NCBI GenBank assembly: GCA_014905635.1
Contig: JABVCE010000002.1
Span: 744,001-808,000, forward strand
Length of the DNA stretch: 64,000 bases
Direction of reading: 5' to 3'
Source: Scenedesmus sp. PABB004
Taxonomy: Eukaryota
The position numbers and the translations under genes are program-made. The first letter of the stretch is position 1. Every line of letters starts with the position of its first letter. Below are positions 40,070 through 52,299 of this stretch, piece after piece. The notes below the pieces were generated by a model. The model was given only the letters and a program-made list of their open reading frames with translations. It was not told where the DNA came from and did no database searches.

Positions 40070-41328
40070 TCACGCCTCGCCGCCGCGCTCGCCGCCGCCG
40101 CCGCTGCCGGCGTCGCGGCCCCGCAGCTGCAGGAAGCGCCGCGCCGGCGGCGCGCCGATGGGCTCGTCCGCCGCGAGCCCGAGCTGCGTGCCGCCCAGGT
40201 CGAGCGACGGCAGCCAGCACGCGCCGTCGGCGCACCACGCCGCCGCGAGCACGCCCGGCGGCGCGGCGGCGGGGCTCTTGACGTAGACGTAGGCCCGCCC
40301 ACTGGCGCTGTAGGAGTAGGCGCAGGGCACCTCGCACACCTTGTACAGGTGCGGCTGCGTCGGCAGCGCGCGCGACGTCGCGAGTGCCCGGAAGTTGGGG
40401 CTCGCCGCGAGGCGCTCCGCGATGGACCTGCGCCGCGGCGGCGCGCGGGGCGGGCGCGCCGGCAGTCGGCCGCGCGGCGCGGCGCGGGCGCGCGGCTGCC
40501 CGGGGCTGCCGCTGCGGTGCCGCATACGCGAGAGACGTGCGCCCCGCCCCCGGACGCACCGACAGATCGCAGCGCCAAACGCGGTGGAGCAGAGATAGAA
40601 GTGCGTGCCCTCCTCCAGGGAGCAGGTGCTGAGGTCGGCCTGCTGAAACTCCACCGGCCGCAGCGTCGCGCCCTGCGCCCGAAGCGCCGCCAGCGCGAGC
40701 TCCGCCTGCTCCAGCCGCGTCTCGCTCAGCTCCAGCCCGACCGCGCGCGACACCTGGCTGTGCAGCGCGACCTGCAGCACCGCGGTGCCGCGGCCGGCGC
40801 CGAGGTCGACAAACACGCTGCTGCTGTCCAGCGCGAGGTGCCTGCGCGCGCCGCGGGCGGGTGGGCCGCGGCGGCGGCTGCGCGCCGGCGGCGACAGCCC
40901 CCGCAGCTCCCGCCGCTCGCCCCGCTGCGCCGGCCGCCGCACCTGATGAGCACGTCTATGCCGGACGGCAGCACCTCGCCGTAGCTCGCGCCGCCGCCGC
41001 TCGCGTCGATGCGCGCCTTCTCGCCGCGCGGGATCACGAAGCCGCCCTTGGAGAAGAAAATCTCGCCGTCCAGGCGGTCGTAGATGCCATCGAGCACTCG
41101 CGAGCTGGCGTCGAGCGCGGCGCCGCGGCGCGCCCCGCCGTCGCGCGGCGCTGCCAGGTGCGCGTCCACGACGCGGGAGAGGAGCTCAGCCGCATCATCA
41201 ACGGGCTGGGAGCAGGCGGCCCGGGCACGCGGCGCCGCGGCCAGCGCGCGGCGGCGGCCGGCCGCCGGCGCTCCTGCGCGCCCGCGCCGCCAGCCCGGCC
41301 CGCCAGCCCCGGCCTCCGCGCGGAGCAT
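40070..41328 (-). CDS. DOT1-like class I SAM-dependent methyltransferase
   Basis: SYGEV, VFVDLGAGRG, AVGLELSETR, FYLCSTAF. Confidence 0.7.
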
Positions 41329-41802
41329 AGAGCTGATAAGCCACTTCAGGAAGCTGCCAGTGACGTCAGCAGGCACCGACGGGCGTGTGAGCGGCGAGAC
41401 GGACAGATGGAGTGCGCCGACCCCCACCCTTTGCTCCGCCTGCAGCCCGCACCGCCACCGCAAGCCCCCAGGCCGAACCGAGAGTGGCCTGACTCGGCGC
41501 CGCGCAGCTCACCTCGGCCTGCCGGACCCCCGCGCCTGCGCCCTGACCGCCCAGCCGCCGCCGCTGTCGGTGTGGGCGCGCGCCGGCGGCCCCGGCGCTG
41601 CCACTCCACCCGGCTGCCCCGCCCACCCCTTCACACACCGAGGCGACCACCGCCGCCGCCCGCCGCTCCGCTGCGACCACTCACCCCCGCGCTGCTCTGG
41701 CGACCACACACTCGCGCGGCGCGCCGCCCGCCCGAGCGCGCCGCGCTGCTCCGGCCACCACACACCACACACGTGGCGCGCCGCCCGCAAAGGACCGCTG
41801 CG

Positions 41803-43152
41803 ATGCTGCTGCAGCGCCGGGGCGTCGCCGCCCGCGGCGCGGCGCGCGGCCCGCTGCGGCGGCTGCTGGTCGTCGCGATGGCGCGGCCGTGGCGGCCGGA
41901 GCCGGACGACGTGGACCGCCTGAGCCGCGGCGACGGCGCGAAGCGGCGCGGGACGGGCAACTTCAACATCCCCCACCGCCTCAACGCCGACGAGCGGCCC
42001 GTGTACGAGGCGGCCAAGAAGAAGGGCTTCCTCGCGGTGCGCGGCACCGGCTACCGCAAGGCCCGCCGCGGCAACCCGCTGCCAAACGTGTTCCGCCAGT
42101 GGTGCGACGCCAAGGCCAGCGCGTGCGTGCTCATCGGTGCGCCGCGCGCGCTGCGCCGCGCCGCGCCGCGCCGCGCACGCCACGCGCGGGCGGCGAGCCC
42201 ACAGCGCGCCGCGCCGGCCCGCCCGCGCGCGCAGAGCAGGACACGTCGGGCGGCGCGCGCGACTGCGTGGTGGTGGACCTCGCGCCGCTGCGCACGCCCG
42301 ACCCGTCGGCGGCGGCCGCGCTGGTCCGCGCGGCAGCCGCGGCTGCCGGCGCGCGGCCGCTGCCGCCCGCGGAGCGCCCGCTGGAGGCGGTGCCGTTCAA
42401 CACGATCCCGGTGGACCTGCCGCAGCCGGTGCAGCAGGTGCGGCGCGGGGGCGGACGCCGGCGCTGCGCGCGCGCAGCGGCAGGCACCACGCACGGTGCT
42501 GACGCGTCCGCCACCGCGCCACGCGCGCCGCAGCTGCTGTGGCCGGGCGCCGGCGCGCCGGCCGCGCCCGCCTCACCGCCGCCCACGCCGGAGCAGCTGG
42601 CGGCCGCGGAGGAGGCTGTGCTGCTGCAGGGCGACGCAGTGCGCGCGCTCAAGGCGGCCGGCGCGGACAACTCTCGGCCCGAGGTGCAGCAGCAGGTCCA
42701 GGTGGGGCGCCGCGGCGCGGCTGGCCGCGGGCTGCCACATAGCTGTGTGCGCGGCGCTGACGGCCCGCCCCGCCCCGCCCCGTGACCAGGAGCTGCTGCG
42801 GCTCAAGGCGGCGCTGGCGGCGCTGCTGGATGCGGCGGCGGCGGCCGAGGCCGGCGCCGCCAGCGGCAGCGACGGCGCCGGCACCAGCAGCAGCAGCGGC
42901 AGCAGCAGCGGCAGCAGCGGGGACGGCGCAGAGGCAGGCGCGGCCGCCGGCGACCCCGGCGGCGAGGCGGGCGACGGCCCCGCGCTCGGCGGGCGGCGGC
43001 GCGGTGCCTCGCTGCCGGATGACCACCCCTTTGCGCTGGCGGCCATCTGGCAGCTGCCGGTGCTGCCGCTGTTCTTTGAGGCGGACCGGCCGGTCGCAAA
43101 GGACTTGGCCAAGGAGCTGTCGCGGCAGCTGGCCGGCGCGGGGGCACGCTGA
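41803..43152 (+). CDS. conserved-looking hypothetical protein with WHEP-like insert
   Basis: N-terminal domain DVDRLSRGDGAKRRGTG..IPHRLN..GFLAVRGTGYRK..GNPLPNVFRQWCDA; internal QGDAVRALKAAG..VQELLRLKA. Confidence 0.65.
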   Translation: MLLQRRGVAARGAARGPLRRLLVVAMARPWRPEPDDVDRLSRGDGAKRRGTGNFNIPHRLNADERPVYEAAKKKGFLAVRGTGYRKARRGNPLPNVFRQWCDAKASACVLIGAPRALRRAAPRRARHARAASPQRAAPARPRAQSRTRRAARATAWWWTSRRCARPTRRRRPRWSARQPRLPARGRCRPRSARWRRCRSTRSRWTCRSRCSRCGAGADAGAARAQRQAPRTVLTRPPPRHARRSCCGRAPARRPRPPHRRPRRSSWRPRRRLCCCRATQCARSRRPARTTLGPRCSSRSRWGAAARLAAGCHIAVCAALTARPAPPRDQELLRLKAALAALLDAAAAAEAGAASGSDGAGTSSSSGSSSGSSGDGAEAGAAAGDPGGEAGDGPALGGRRRGASLPDDHPFALAAIWQLPVLPLFFEADRPVAKDLAKELSRQLAGAGAR

Positions 43153-43293
43153 GCAGCTGACCGGCGCGGGGGCACGCTGAGCCGCGGCGTGCACGTGGGG
43201 CGGCGCTCGGCAAACGCTCAGCCGGTCCGATTCAACCGCTGCGCTCGCCCGGTCCGCCCCGCCCGCCCCGCCCCGCCCCGCCGCGCGCCGCGC

Positions 43294-45554
43294 TCACACG
43301 ACCGCCGCGGCGCCGGCGACGCTCGGCGACACGCCCTGCTGCCGCTGCAGCTCGGCGGTGAGGCGCTGATAGGTCTCGAGCGAGGTGCTGAAGCGCGCGA
43401 GCAGGTTGATGAGCGCGATGACCTCGTTGCGCTCCAGCTCCAGCGCGCCCTCGCCCGCCGGCGCCTCGCCCGAGCAGTCGCGCGCGGTGAAGAGAATCTT
43501 GAGCGCCGTCGCCACGCCTGCGCGCGCGGCGCGGCGGCGAGGGGGTGGGCGAGGAGGTCGGCCGCGCCACCGCGGCCGTGTCACCGCGGCCGCGCGCCGC
43601 CGCCGTGCGCTGCTCGCGCCGCCGCCGCAGCGTCACCGCCGCGCACCGAGCGTCTGCAGCTTCCCCCACAGCTTGCACTTTTCGCAGCCCACGCAGTCCA
43701 TGATGCGCGTGATGTTCTGGAACGTCGCCTGCAGCTGCGCCTTGAGCGCGGGCGCGTTCTCGCCCTTCCACAGCCGCGCCTCGTCAAACGGCATCGGGCA
43801 CGCCTCCCACACCGCGGGGTTGGCCACCTGCGGCGCGGCGGCGCGAGCGCGGCGTGGGCGCGCGCGGCGGCGCGGGCGGGCGGTGCCGCCGCCGCCGCGG
43901 CCGGCGCCGCACCAGCTGCGTGACGAGCGTGCGCGCCGCGGCGTCCTCGTCGGGCAGGCCGGTGTCGTAGGCGTACCCCGTGAGCAGCGGCGCGGCCTTC
44001 ATCGCCGCGCGCAGCACAAAGAGGTAGGCAAAGTACAGGTTCTCAACGCGCACACTGACAGCACGGGGGCAGGGAGCAGGGGGGGGGGGCACGCGGCGGT
44101 CGCGTGCGCGGCGCGCAGGAGGCGGCGGGCGCGGCGGTGCGCGGGCGCGCGGGCGCGCGGCGCGCGGCGCACGCGGCGCGGCGCGCACCGCGTCTCCGGC
44201 GTGCCGAGTCGGCGCGCGAACTCGCCGAGGTGCGGCCCCCAGGTGCCGGCGGCCTCGTCGAGCAGGTAGTGCGCGGAGAGGTGGGCGCTGATGGAGGCGT
44301 GCATGCCGCTGATGAGGCGGTAAAACACGCGCTCCTCGCTGCACGACACGCCGTCGCTGAAGCACGACTGGTTGTAGATCGCGGACCAGATGCGGTGCGC
44401 GTGCTCGCCCTGCGGCGCGCGCGGCGGCGGCGCGTCGGGGGCCTGCTGCGCGCGCCGCGCGCGCCGCGCCCTCACCCTCCTTCCCTCTCTGGAGCGCCCC
44501 CCGCGCCCCGCGCCTCCCTCGCCCGCCCGCGCTCTGTGCGCCGCGCGCCGCGCGCCTTGTATCCGGTGTACCGCTCCGGGTTGTTGAGGAGGTTGATGTA
44601 GCTGAAGTCCTCGTCCGCCTCACCCTCCGCCATCCAGGGGTTGTTGATGCCGCGCCAGCCGCTGCCGTGGCTGATCAGCGCCGCGCGCATCGCCGGCTCC
44701 ACGCGCTGGTCGACGCGACCCTCCAGCTCCACCGCGCAGTCCTGCGTGCTGCAGTCGGGCTCCGCCGCGCGCTTGCACGCCGCCGCGGCCGCGCGGTCGG
44801 CGGCGAGCCAGGGCGACGGCACCTCCCCCTCCTCGCACTCGCACACGGAGCACGCGCGCAGCGCACACATGCTGTCGTCCGGCCAGAGCGGGCAGTCGCA
44901 CCAGATGTTGACCTGGCGGCAGCCGCGCGCGCGCGGCGCCGGGCCGCTGAAGGAGAGGGGGAGAGGGGGGGGGAGGGAAGAGCAGCGCCGCAGCGGGTGC
45001 GGGCGCCGCCGCCGGTGGACCGCCGCGCGGCGCACCTTGAAGTATCTGAAGAACGCCGTCCGCACCAGCCGTGACACCACGGGGTGCACGTGCTGCGCGT
45101 TGAGTCGGTGCACCGCGGCGTACGTGCAGTCGCCTGCCGCCGCGGCGCGCGGGGGGTCGGCGCCGGGCTGCGGGCCGCGCCCGCGCGGCTGCGGGCGGCG
45201 GGCGCGGCGCGCGCGCTCACTCAGGTCGTCGACCTTGCCCTGGATGTGGCACACGCCCGCGTCAAGCGTCTCGGCCAGGTCCTTGATGCGCGCCGCCTGC
45301 GCACCGGGGGGCGCGTGCAGGCGCGTGAGCGGGAGGGGCGCGGCGGCGGCCGCGCGGGCGGCGCGCGGCTGGCGCGGCGCGCTCACCGACGCCGGCCTGC
45401 TGCGCGTCACCAGCCGCTGCCAGGCGCCCAGCAGCAGCGCCGGGGGCCCCAGGGCGCCGCCGCCGCCGGCCGCCGGCGTGCCGAGCAGGCCGCCAGCGAG
45501 CGCCGCTGCTGCCAGCGCGACCAGCGCGGCCAGCGCCCAGCCGCGTCGCCCCAT
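43294..45554 (-). CDS. ERO1: ER oxidoreductin 1
   Basis: FFRYFKVNIWCDCPLW, YINLLNNPERYTGY, FYRLISGMHASISAHL, NITRIMDCVGCEKCKLWGKLQ, LERNEVIALIN. Confidence 0.95.
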
Positions 45555-45941
45555 GCTCCTTGCCACGGGCTGCCGCCCTGCCGGCAACACGCTTTGCAGT
45601 CGCTGCGGGGGCGCGCGCGGCGCAGGGGGACACCGTGGCGCCTGCAGATGCGAGCTGCTGCAACCGTCCGGCGCGGCGCACGTTTTCGCCGATCGCAGAC
45701 CGCCACGTCTCGCCGGGGACCTCGCGCGAGTGCCGGGCGGTCTTCAGAGCCGCGGTCGACGCGTCTCGACCGTTCTGCTGCCCGCAGCGCTGCTGCCCTA
45801 TCTGTTCGCTGCGGCGCCGACGCGGCCACCATTCCTACACGCCAGAGCGCCCAGCGCCGCACCGCGCACACGAGCACGTCGCCGCCGGTGCCGCCGCCGC
45901 AGCGCCCGCCGCGCCGCAGCCCGCCGCGCGGGCGCGCGCAC

Positions 45942-47175
45942 ATGCTGGGCCTGCGTCCCATTCCGAGCGCCCACGCGCTCGCGCAGGGCGGCGCCATGCG
46001 GCGCAGCGCGAGCGGGCGGCACCTGGCGAGGCGAGGCGCGCGGCGAGCGCCGCTGCTGCCGGGCGGTTCGGGCAATTGCGCCGCCTGCCCACGCCGCCGC
46101 GCCGCCCCGACTCGCAGGCCGGCCCCGCCACGCTCCGGCGACGGCGCGGCGGCGGCCGCCGGCGGCGCGGGCGCCTGCGGCGACGACGCAGCGAGCGGCA
46201 GCGGCAGCGGCGGGGGTCGGCTGCGGCCCGCCCAGCCGGGCGCCGCCTGGTGGCGCGAGCGCGTGCTGTCGGCGGTCAACGAGTCCACCAAGTGGGCCGT
46301 CAGCACGGCCGTGCTGGCCGTGCTGCTGTGGCACCGCAACGCCGCGGCGGCGTGGGCGGTGCTGGGCGCGGTCGCGTCGTCGTTCCTCTGCAAGGGACTG
46401 AAGCACTCGATCAACCAGGAGCGCCCGGGCGGCGCGCGCAAGACAGACCCGGGCATGCCGTCGTCGCACGCCAACAGTGCGCCGCGCGCCGCGCGCCGCG
46501 CGCCCGGCGCCGCCACGCCCGCGCAGCGGGCGCATGCCCACGGCCCGCCGCCCCGGCGCGCCGCCGCCGCGCAGGCCTGTGCTTCCTGGCGGCGTATTCA
46601 GCGCTCGCGCTCGTGCACCACGCGCCAGCGGCGGGCGGCCAGGCGGCGGCGGCCGCGGCCGCGCTCACGCTCGCGCTGGGTGTCTTCCTGGTGCGTGCGC
46701 ATGTGCACGCCGCCCCGAGGCGTGCGGCGGCGCTGACAGCGCGCCCACCCCGCCGCCCGTGCACGCCGCGCAGACGTGGCTGCGCGTCCGGCTCGGCTAC
46801 CACACGGCCCCGCAGGTCCTCGTCGGCGCCGCGCTCGGCGCGGGCACGGCCGCGGGGTGGTTTGCGCTGGGCGTGGGCGCCGCGCTGCCTGCGCTGCAGG
46901 CGTCGCCGGCGCGCCTGGCCGCGCTGTACGGCGCCGCGCTGCTGGCGGCCGGCGCGTTTGCCGCCAAGAACGTGCTGGCGTGGGCGCGCGAGCGCGAGGC
47001 CGGGCGCGCGGCGGGGGCGGCGGCGGCGCTGCAGGGCGAGCCGTCGGAGCGCGGCCTGCTGGTCGGCGAGCTGCAGCGGCAGCTTGCGGCGGGCGGCGCG
47101 GCGGGCGCGGCGGACGCGGCAGCGGGCGCCGACGCGCGGGCAGAGCCGGCGCTGGCTGCCGCGCTCGCGAACTGA
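45942..47175 (+). CDS. PAP2 lipid phosphate phosphatase (epsilon/dolichyl-diphosphatase-like)
   Basis: LKHSINQERP, PGMPSSHA, LRVRLGYHTAPQVLVG. Confidence 0.88.
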
Positions 47176-48036
47176 ACCGCTCCTTACCCAGCACTCGTCA
47201 GCCTCGACGCGCCGCAGCAGTGGCACAAGGAAGGGCCGCGCGCAGCCCAAAAGCGATGCATTGTGGCGGAGGCGGCGCAGAGGAAGCCGCCGCGCGAGCC
47301 CCTTCCCCTCCTCCCCCCTCCCTTCCTGCAGCCCCCCGCGGCGGCGCGCAGTGGCGGCAGCCGCTGGCCCGCTCGCAGGCGGGCGCTGGCGGGTCGTCAC
47401 GCCGCCCGCGCGCCCGCGGCGAGAGAGTGAGTGCAGCGTGGCCGGGGCGTGCTCCGCGAGTGCGGAATGCAAAACGAGCGCGCGCCCGGCGGCGTGCGTT
47501 GCAATGCTTTGATCAGCGATGCGTTGCGTTGATGCGCGGCGCCTGCGCAGTGCGGGGCGGCTGCAGCGACGGGCAGCGCCCAGCCAGCAGGCGACCGGGT
47601 CTGAGCCTGCCTGCCTGCAGCCCCCCGCCACATACACCCCCTGCACACACAAACGCACACACCGCCCAGCGCCTGTCACGTGCACACCCCCCGCCCCGCC
47701 CCGCCCCCTAGTTTGGCAAAACAAGACCACGTGACGTGCAGCCCGACCAATCGAGCTCGTGCCGGCGCGCAATGACGGCCGCACGAGCGTGCCGCGACGC
47801 CAACACACGCACGCGCGCACGCACGCCCGCGCGCGCGCGCGCGGGCGAAGACCCCACGCCTGCACAGACACACGCACACACAGGAGGCCTCTCTTCTTTT
47901 CATTGAGAGCACGACGCCTCGAAAGCAACAACACACTGCGCACAAACGCGACACCCAAGCGTGTGCGCGCCCCTGCGGGCAGCGCCGCGCTGACGCGCGA
48001 GCCCGCCGCCCCCGTTATTGCTCTCCCGCGCGGCCG

Positions 48037-49041
48037 TCAGCGCGCTGGCGCCGGCGGTTGCGCCTGCGCGGCGGCAGCGGACGAGCCCGCGGCCGCCGCC
48101 GCGCCGACTGCCGCCGCCGCGGCGCCGTCGTCGCCGCTGCAGGCGCTGCAGCCGAGCTTGCAGCCCCCGTCCGAGCTCGTGGCGGACGCGGCGCCGCTGC
48201 TGGCGGCGGCCGCGCCGCCGGCGCTGGCCGCGCCGATGCGCGAGCTGGCGTGGCTGCTGGGGCTGGGGCTAGCGCCCGTCAGGTGCGCTGCGAGGTCCGC
48301 CTTGCAGAGCGGGCAGGTGGCGTCGCGCTTGAGCCAGCGCAGGATGCACTCCTGCGCGGCGCCGGGCCGGCGGGGCGGCGGCGGCGTGGGCCGGCCGCGC
48401 GGCGCGCGGGGCCCCGCGCGCCGCGAGGCGCGGGGGCGTGCGCGGCGCCCGCCGCGGGGCGGGGCGGCGCGCGGCAGGGCTGCGGCGGCGGGCGTGGTGT
48501 GGTCACCTTGTGGAAGAAGTGGTTGCACATGAGCTTGATGATCGCCTGCCCCTCAGCGTACTCGCCAAAGCTGCGGCGGCGCGACGCGCACGTCGGCGCG
48601 CACGTCGGCGGCGGCCGCACGCGCGCGCGCGGCCGCCGCGGCGCCTTTCTCCAACCGCCGGCGGCGGCGGCGCGGCGCGGCGCACCAGATGGGGCACGAC
48701 TCGAGCTCCTGCTCGTCGTCGAAGGCGGGGCAGGCCTCGACGTCGCGCGGCGCCGCGTCGGCGGGCTGGCCGCGGTAGTGCGTCACGGGCAGGCTGCGCA
48801 TGCCGACCTTGGACAGCGGCTGCCGCACGGTGCAGTGCGTCGGCACGGGCCACGGCGCGCCGAGCAGCAGCGCGACGCGGTTGAGCGCGCGGTCGAGCAC
48901 GGGCACGCGGCGCGCGCGGGTGATGATGAAGGGCAGCGACAGCAGGATGCCCAGGATGGTCAGGATGCACACGACCGCCAGGATCGGCGCCCACATCGCG
49001 CTGTGGTCCGCCGCCTGCATCCGCTCCACCAGGCTGCTCAT
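48037..49041 (-). CDS. ATL-like TM + RING-H2 E3 ligase
   Basis: N-terminal TM helix; CPICFGEYAEGQAIIKLMCNHFFHKECILRWLKRDATCPLCK. Confidence 0.88.
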
Positions 49042-49850
49042 GGCGGCAGCAACGACGCGCTCGGCAGGCTCAGGTCAGGCTCCCGGCGGCGCCCCGCCGC
49101 CACGCGCCGTCGGAGGTGGACCCTCCTCGCTGCCGCCGCGGGCCCGCTCGCAGGCGCGTCGCCTGGCCGCGCGGGGCCGGCCTCGGGCAGATCGGTGGCG
49201 CCCGTGCCGCAACGCCGGGCGCCCAGGTCACGCGCGCGCGCCTGGCCGCGCAACGGCTCAGGCGTGAGTTAGGATGGCCCCGCTCGAGCTCTCCTCAGCC
49301 CGCGATGCTGCTGCGTTGCGCGGGTCGGTCACGTCTGCTCGCGGCGTGGCCGCGAGTCGCCGCCCCGGAACGAGGGGAGCAGCGCGCGCGTCGGCACGCC
49401 GGGCGAGGCGTGAAAAACGAGGGGGGCGAGCGAGCGCGGCCCCCGATGCGGCGGGAGGGCCCGGCCGGTCTGGAACGCCCGGGGGCGTGCTGCGCGGGGC
49501 GGGCCCAGAGCGGCGGCAAGAATGACGCAACCGCGCCGCCAACCCGCGCCGCCAGGCTACGCCGCCAGGTGCGCGGGCAGATGCGTCGATCGCGCTGGAT
49601 GCTGCCGTAGCTCTCCCGAGCGCGCGAGAGTGTGTGGCCCCAGTGTGTGGTCCCTGGCGCGTGCCCCGAGCGCAGCGGCGGCCCCACGCTGCGGCGGCTG
49701 CGCGTGCGCAGAACGCCGTTCGCGGTGCGCGAGCGTGACGAACGCGACCGTGCGCCTCCGCCGCAGCCACCGGCCGCCGCCGCCGCGCTGCGCGGGCCGA
49801 GCCGCCGCCGGTCCTGCTGGCGCGCGCAGGCCCGGATAATCCGTCCAACC

Positions 49851-51651
49851 ATGACCTCCACGCGCCCTGGTGCTGCCTGGGTGGTGGCGGCGCTCCTCGT
49901 CGCGGCGGCCGCTGCGGCGAGCGAGCCAGCGCCGGCGGCGGGCGCGGCCGGCCTGGCGGAGCAGGCGGCGTCGGCGCTGGTCGCCGTCTTCGCCGTCACC
50001 CGCCACGGCGCGCGCAACGTGCTGCCCAAGTCGAGCACGCTCAAGGAGTCGGAGGCGACGGGCGGGCCGACGCTGCTGCCGCAGGGCGCGGCGCAGTGCG
50101 CCGCGGCGGGGCGGGCCTTCCGCGCGCGCTACCTGGCCGCCGGCAGCTGCGGCGCGGCCGGCACGTGCCTGCCGCCCGAGCGCGGCGCGGAGGCGTACGG
50201 CGTGCTCGGCGGTCCGGGCGTCGGCTTCCACAACTACAACACCTTTGCCGCCTCGTCGTCGCTCGACCGCACGCTCAAGTCGGCGGCGGCCTTCTGGGCG
50301 GTGCGGGCGCGCCGCGGGCGCGGGCGCGGGCGCGGCGGCCGCGCGGGCGCGCGCGGGGGAGCGCTCGCCCGCCCGACACCCGGCCGCCCGGGCGCCTCGT
50401 CGCCGCGCGCAGGGCGCGTTCCCGGCCGCCGCCGGCAACGCCTCCCAGCCCGCCCTCTCTGTGCCCGTGTACACGGACGGCGCCGACGTCGACGACTGGC
50501 GCGTGCGCGGCTACACCAAGTGCCCGTCGTACGCGCGGCGCCTCGAGAGCTGGCTGGGCAGCGCCGAGTTCAGGGCCAAGGAGGAGGACACCGCGTCGCT
50601 CAGGGCGGCGGTGCAGGCGCTCGCGCCGCAGCTCAACACATCGCTCGCCAACTGGTGGAACGTCTACGACGCCTTCAACGTGTGGCGCACCTTTGGCGTC
50701 GGCGACGCGCAGCCGGCCATGGACGACGCGACGTTCAACCAGGTGCGCGGCGCAGTTCCCACCAGGGTGGGAGCTGCGCGTGCGGCCAGGCGCGGCTGCC
50801 CGCCCGCCCGCCCGCCACGCTGCGCCCGGCCACGCCGCCGGCGCCGGACCCACCGGCGCGCCGCCCGTCTGCTGCGCGCGCAGACCGTGGAGCTGGCGAT
50901 GTGGCTGGAGACGCGCAAGATGCGCCCCGCGCTCGCGGGCAGCCTGCTGGGCGGCGCGCTGCTCGCCGACCTGCTGTCGCGCCTGCAGGCCGCGGCGGCC
51001 GCGGCGGGCGGCGGCGGCGGCAGCTACTACCGCCTGCTGGGCGTCAGCGCGCACTACAACACGCAGCTCGGGCTGCTCGCCGCCCTGCAGCAGGGCGGTG
51101 CGGCGCCGCTCGGCGCGCCCTACCCCTGGGAGGCGCGCATCCCCGCGCTCGCGGCGGTGCTCGCGTTTGAGCTGCACGCGCTCCCGCGCGGCGCCGGCTT
51201 TGCCGTGCGCGCCGTCGCGCAGGACGGGCCGGCGCGCGACTACGTGGCGCTGGCGCTGCCGTGCGCCGAGGCCGGCGGCGCGGCCGAGGCCGCGCTCGGC
51301 GCGGGCGCGTGCTCGCTCGACGCGTTTGCGCGCCTCGCCGGCCCCCAGGCGTTCAGCGCCGCGGGCGACTGGTGCGCGGCGTGCGACAACGACGACGTGC
51401 TCGCGTGCCGCCTGTCGCGCGCGGAGCGTCTGCTCGCCGAGGCGCCGGGGCCCGGCGGCGGCGCCGGGGGCGGCGGGGCCGGCGCGCGGCGCGGCGGCGC
51501 CGTCGCGCCTGGCATGGTCGCGCTCTGGTGCGTGGTGGCGGTCGCTCTCGCCGCCGCGCTGGCCGGCGGCGCGCTGCTCGTGGCGCGCCGCGCGCGCGCG
51601 AGCCGCGAGCGGCGCTGGGCGGCCGAGACCGTGGCGTCCGGGCTGGCGTGA
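49851..51651 (+). CDS. histidine acid phosphatase (branch 2), signal peptide and C-terminal TM
   Basis: VTRHGARN, SSSLDRTLKSA, SAHYNT. Confidence 0.82.
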
Positions 51652-52299
51652 TGGGCGGGCCGTATGCTTATGATAAATTCGGTGCATCACGGCAGCTACG
51701 GACGTAGCTTTGCCGCTGGCCCCGGGGGCCCGGAGGGCCGGCGACAGGTGCTGACACCGGGGCACGCGCCTTGAGTCTCCTGTACGTCCGGGTTGCTGGG
51801 TGTTCTGCGATGCCAACAAGCGGCTGGACAGCCGCGGCGAGGAGGCCTTTGAAGGCTCAGATGAAGCCTCGGGTGCGTTCACACGCGGCGAGCGCCGTCA
51901 CTGTGGGTTTTGTCGGGCGCAAGGGCTTTGCGCGCACAACCGCACGGCGTGCCGCGGTGGGCTTGGGATTGCAGCTTCACATTGGCAATCACAGTTTGCG
52001 CCGAGCTCTCGAGCCGCAGCGAGGCCGCGAGCACCTGCGGCGACGCTCAGCTCGGGCGGCAGCAGCACTCGCCCGCTGCCGTCGCTCCTGCTTCTGCAAG
52101 TTCCGATTGAGTCGCCAGGATGCTCGCGCGCACGGCCGCTGGCGCAGGGACAGGGGGCGGAGCGCTGAGGAGGCCGACCGCACCGCGCGCCGCTGCTGCT
52201 GCTGCTGGCGCCCCCGGCAGCTGGCCCCGGAGTCGGGCGCTGCGCCCGGCGGTCCTTTCCGACGACGCCCCTCCCGCAGCACGGCCGGCCCAGCCCTGC
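51412..52299 (+). repeat. 888-bp segment duplicated at 58720-59607
   Basis: Offset 7308; at least two substitutions between copies. Confidence 0.95.
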
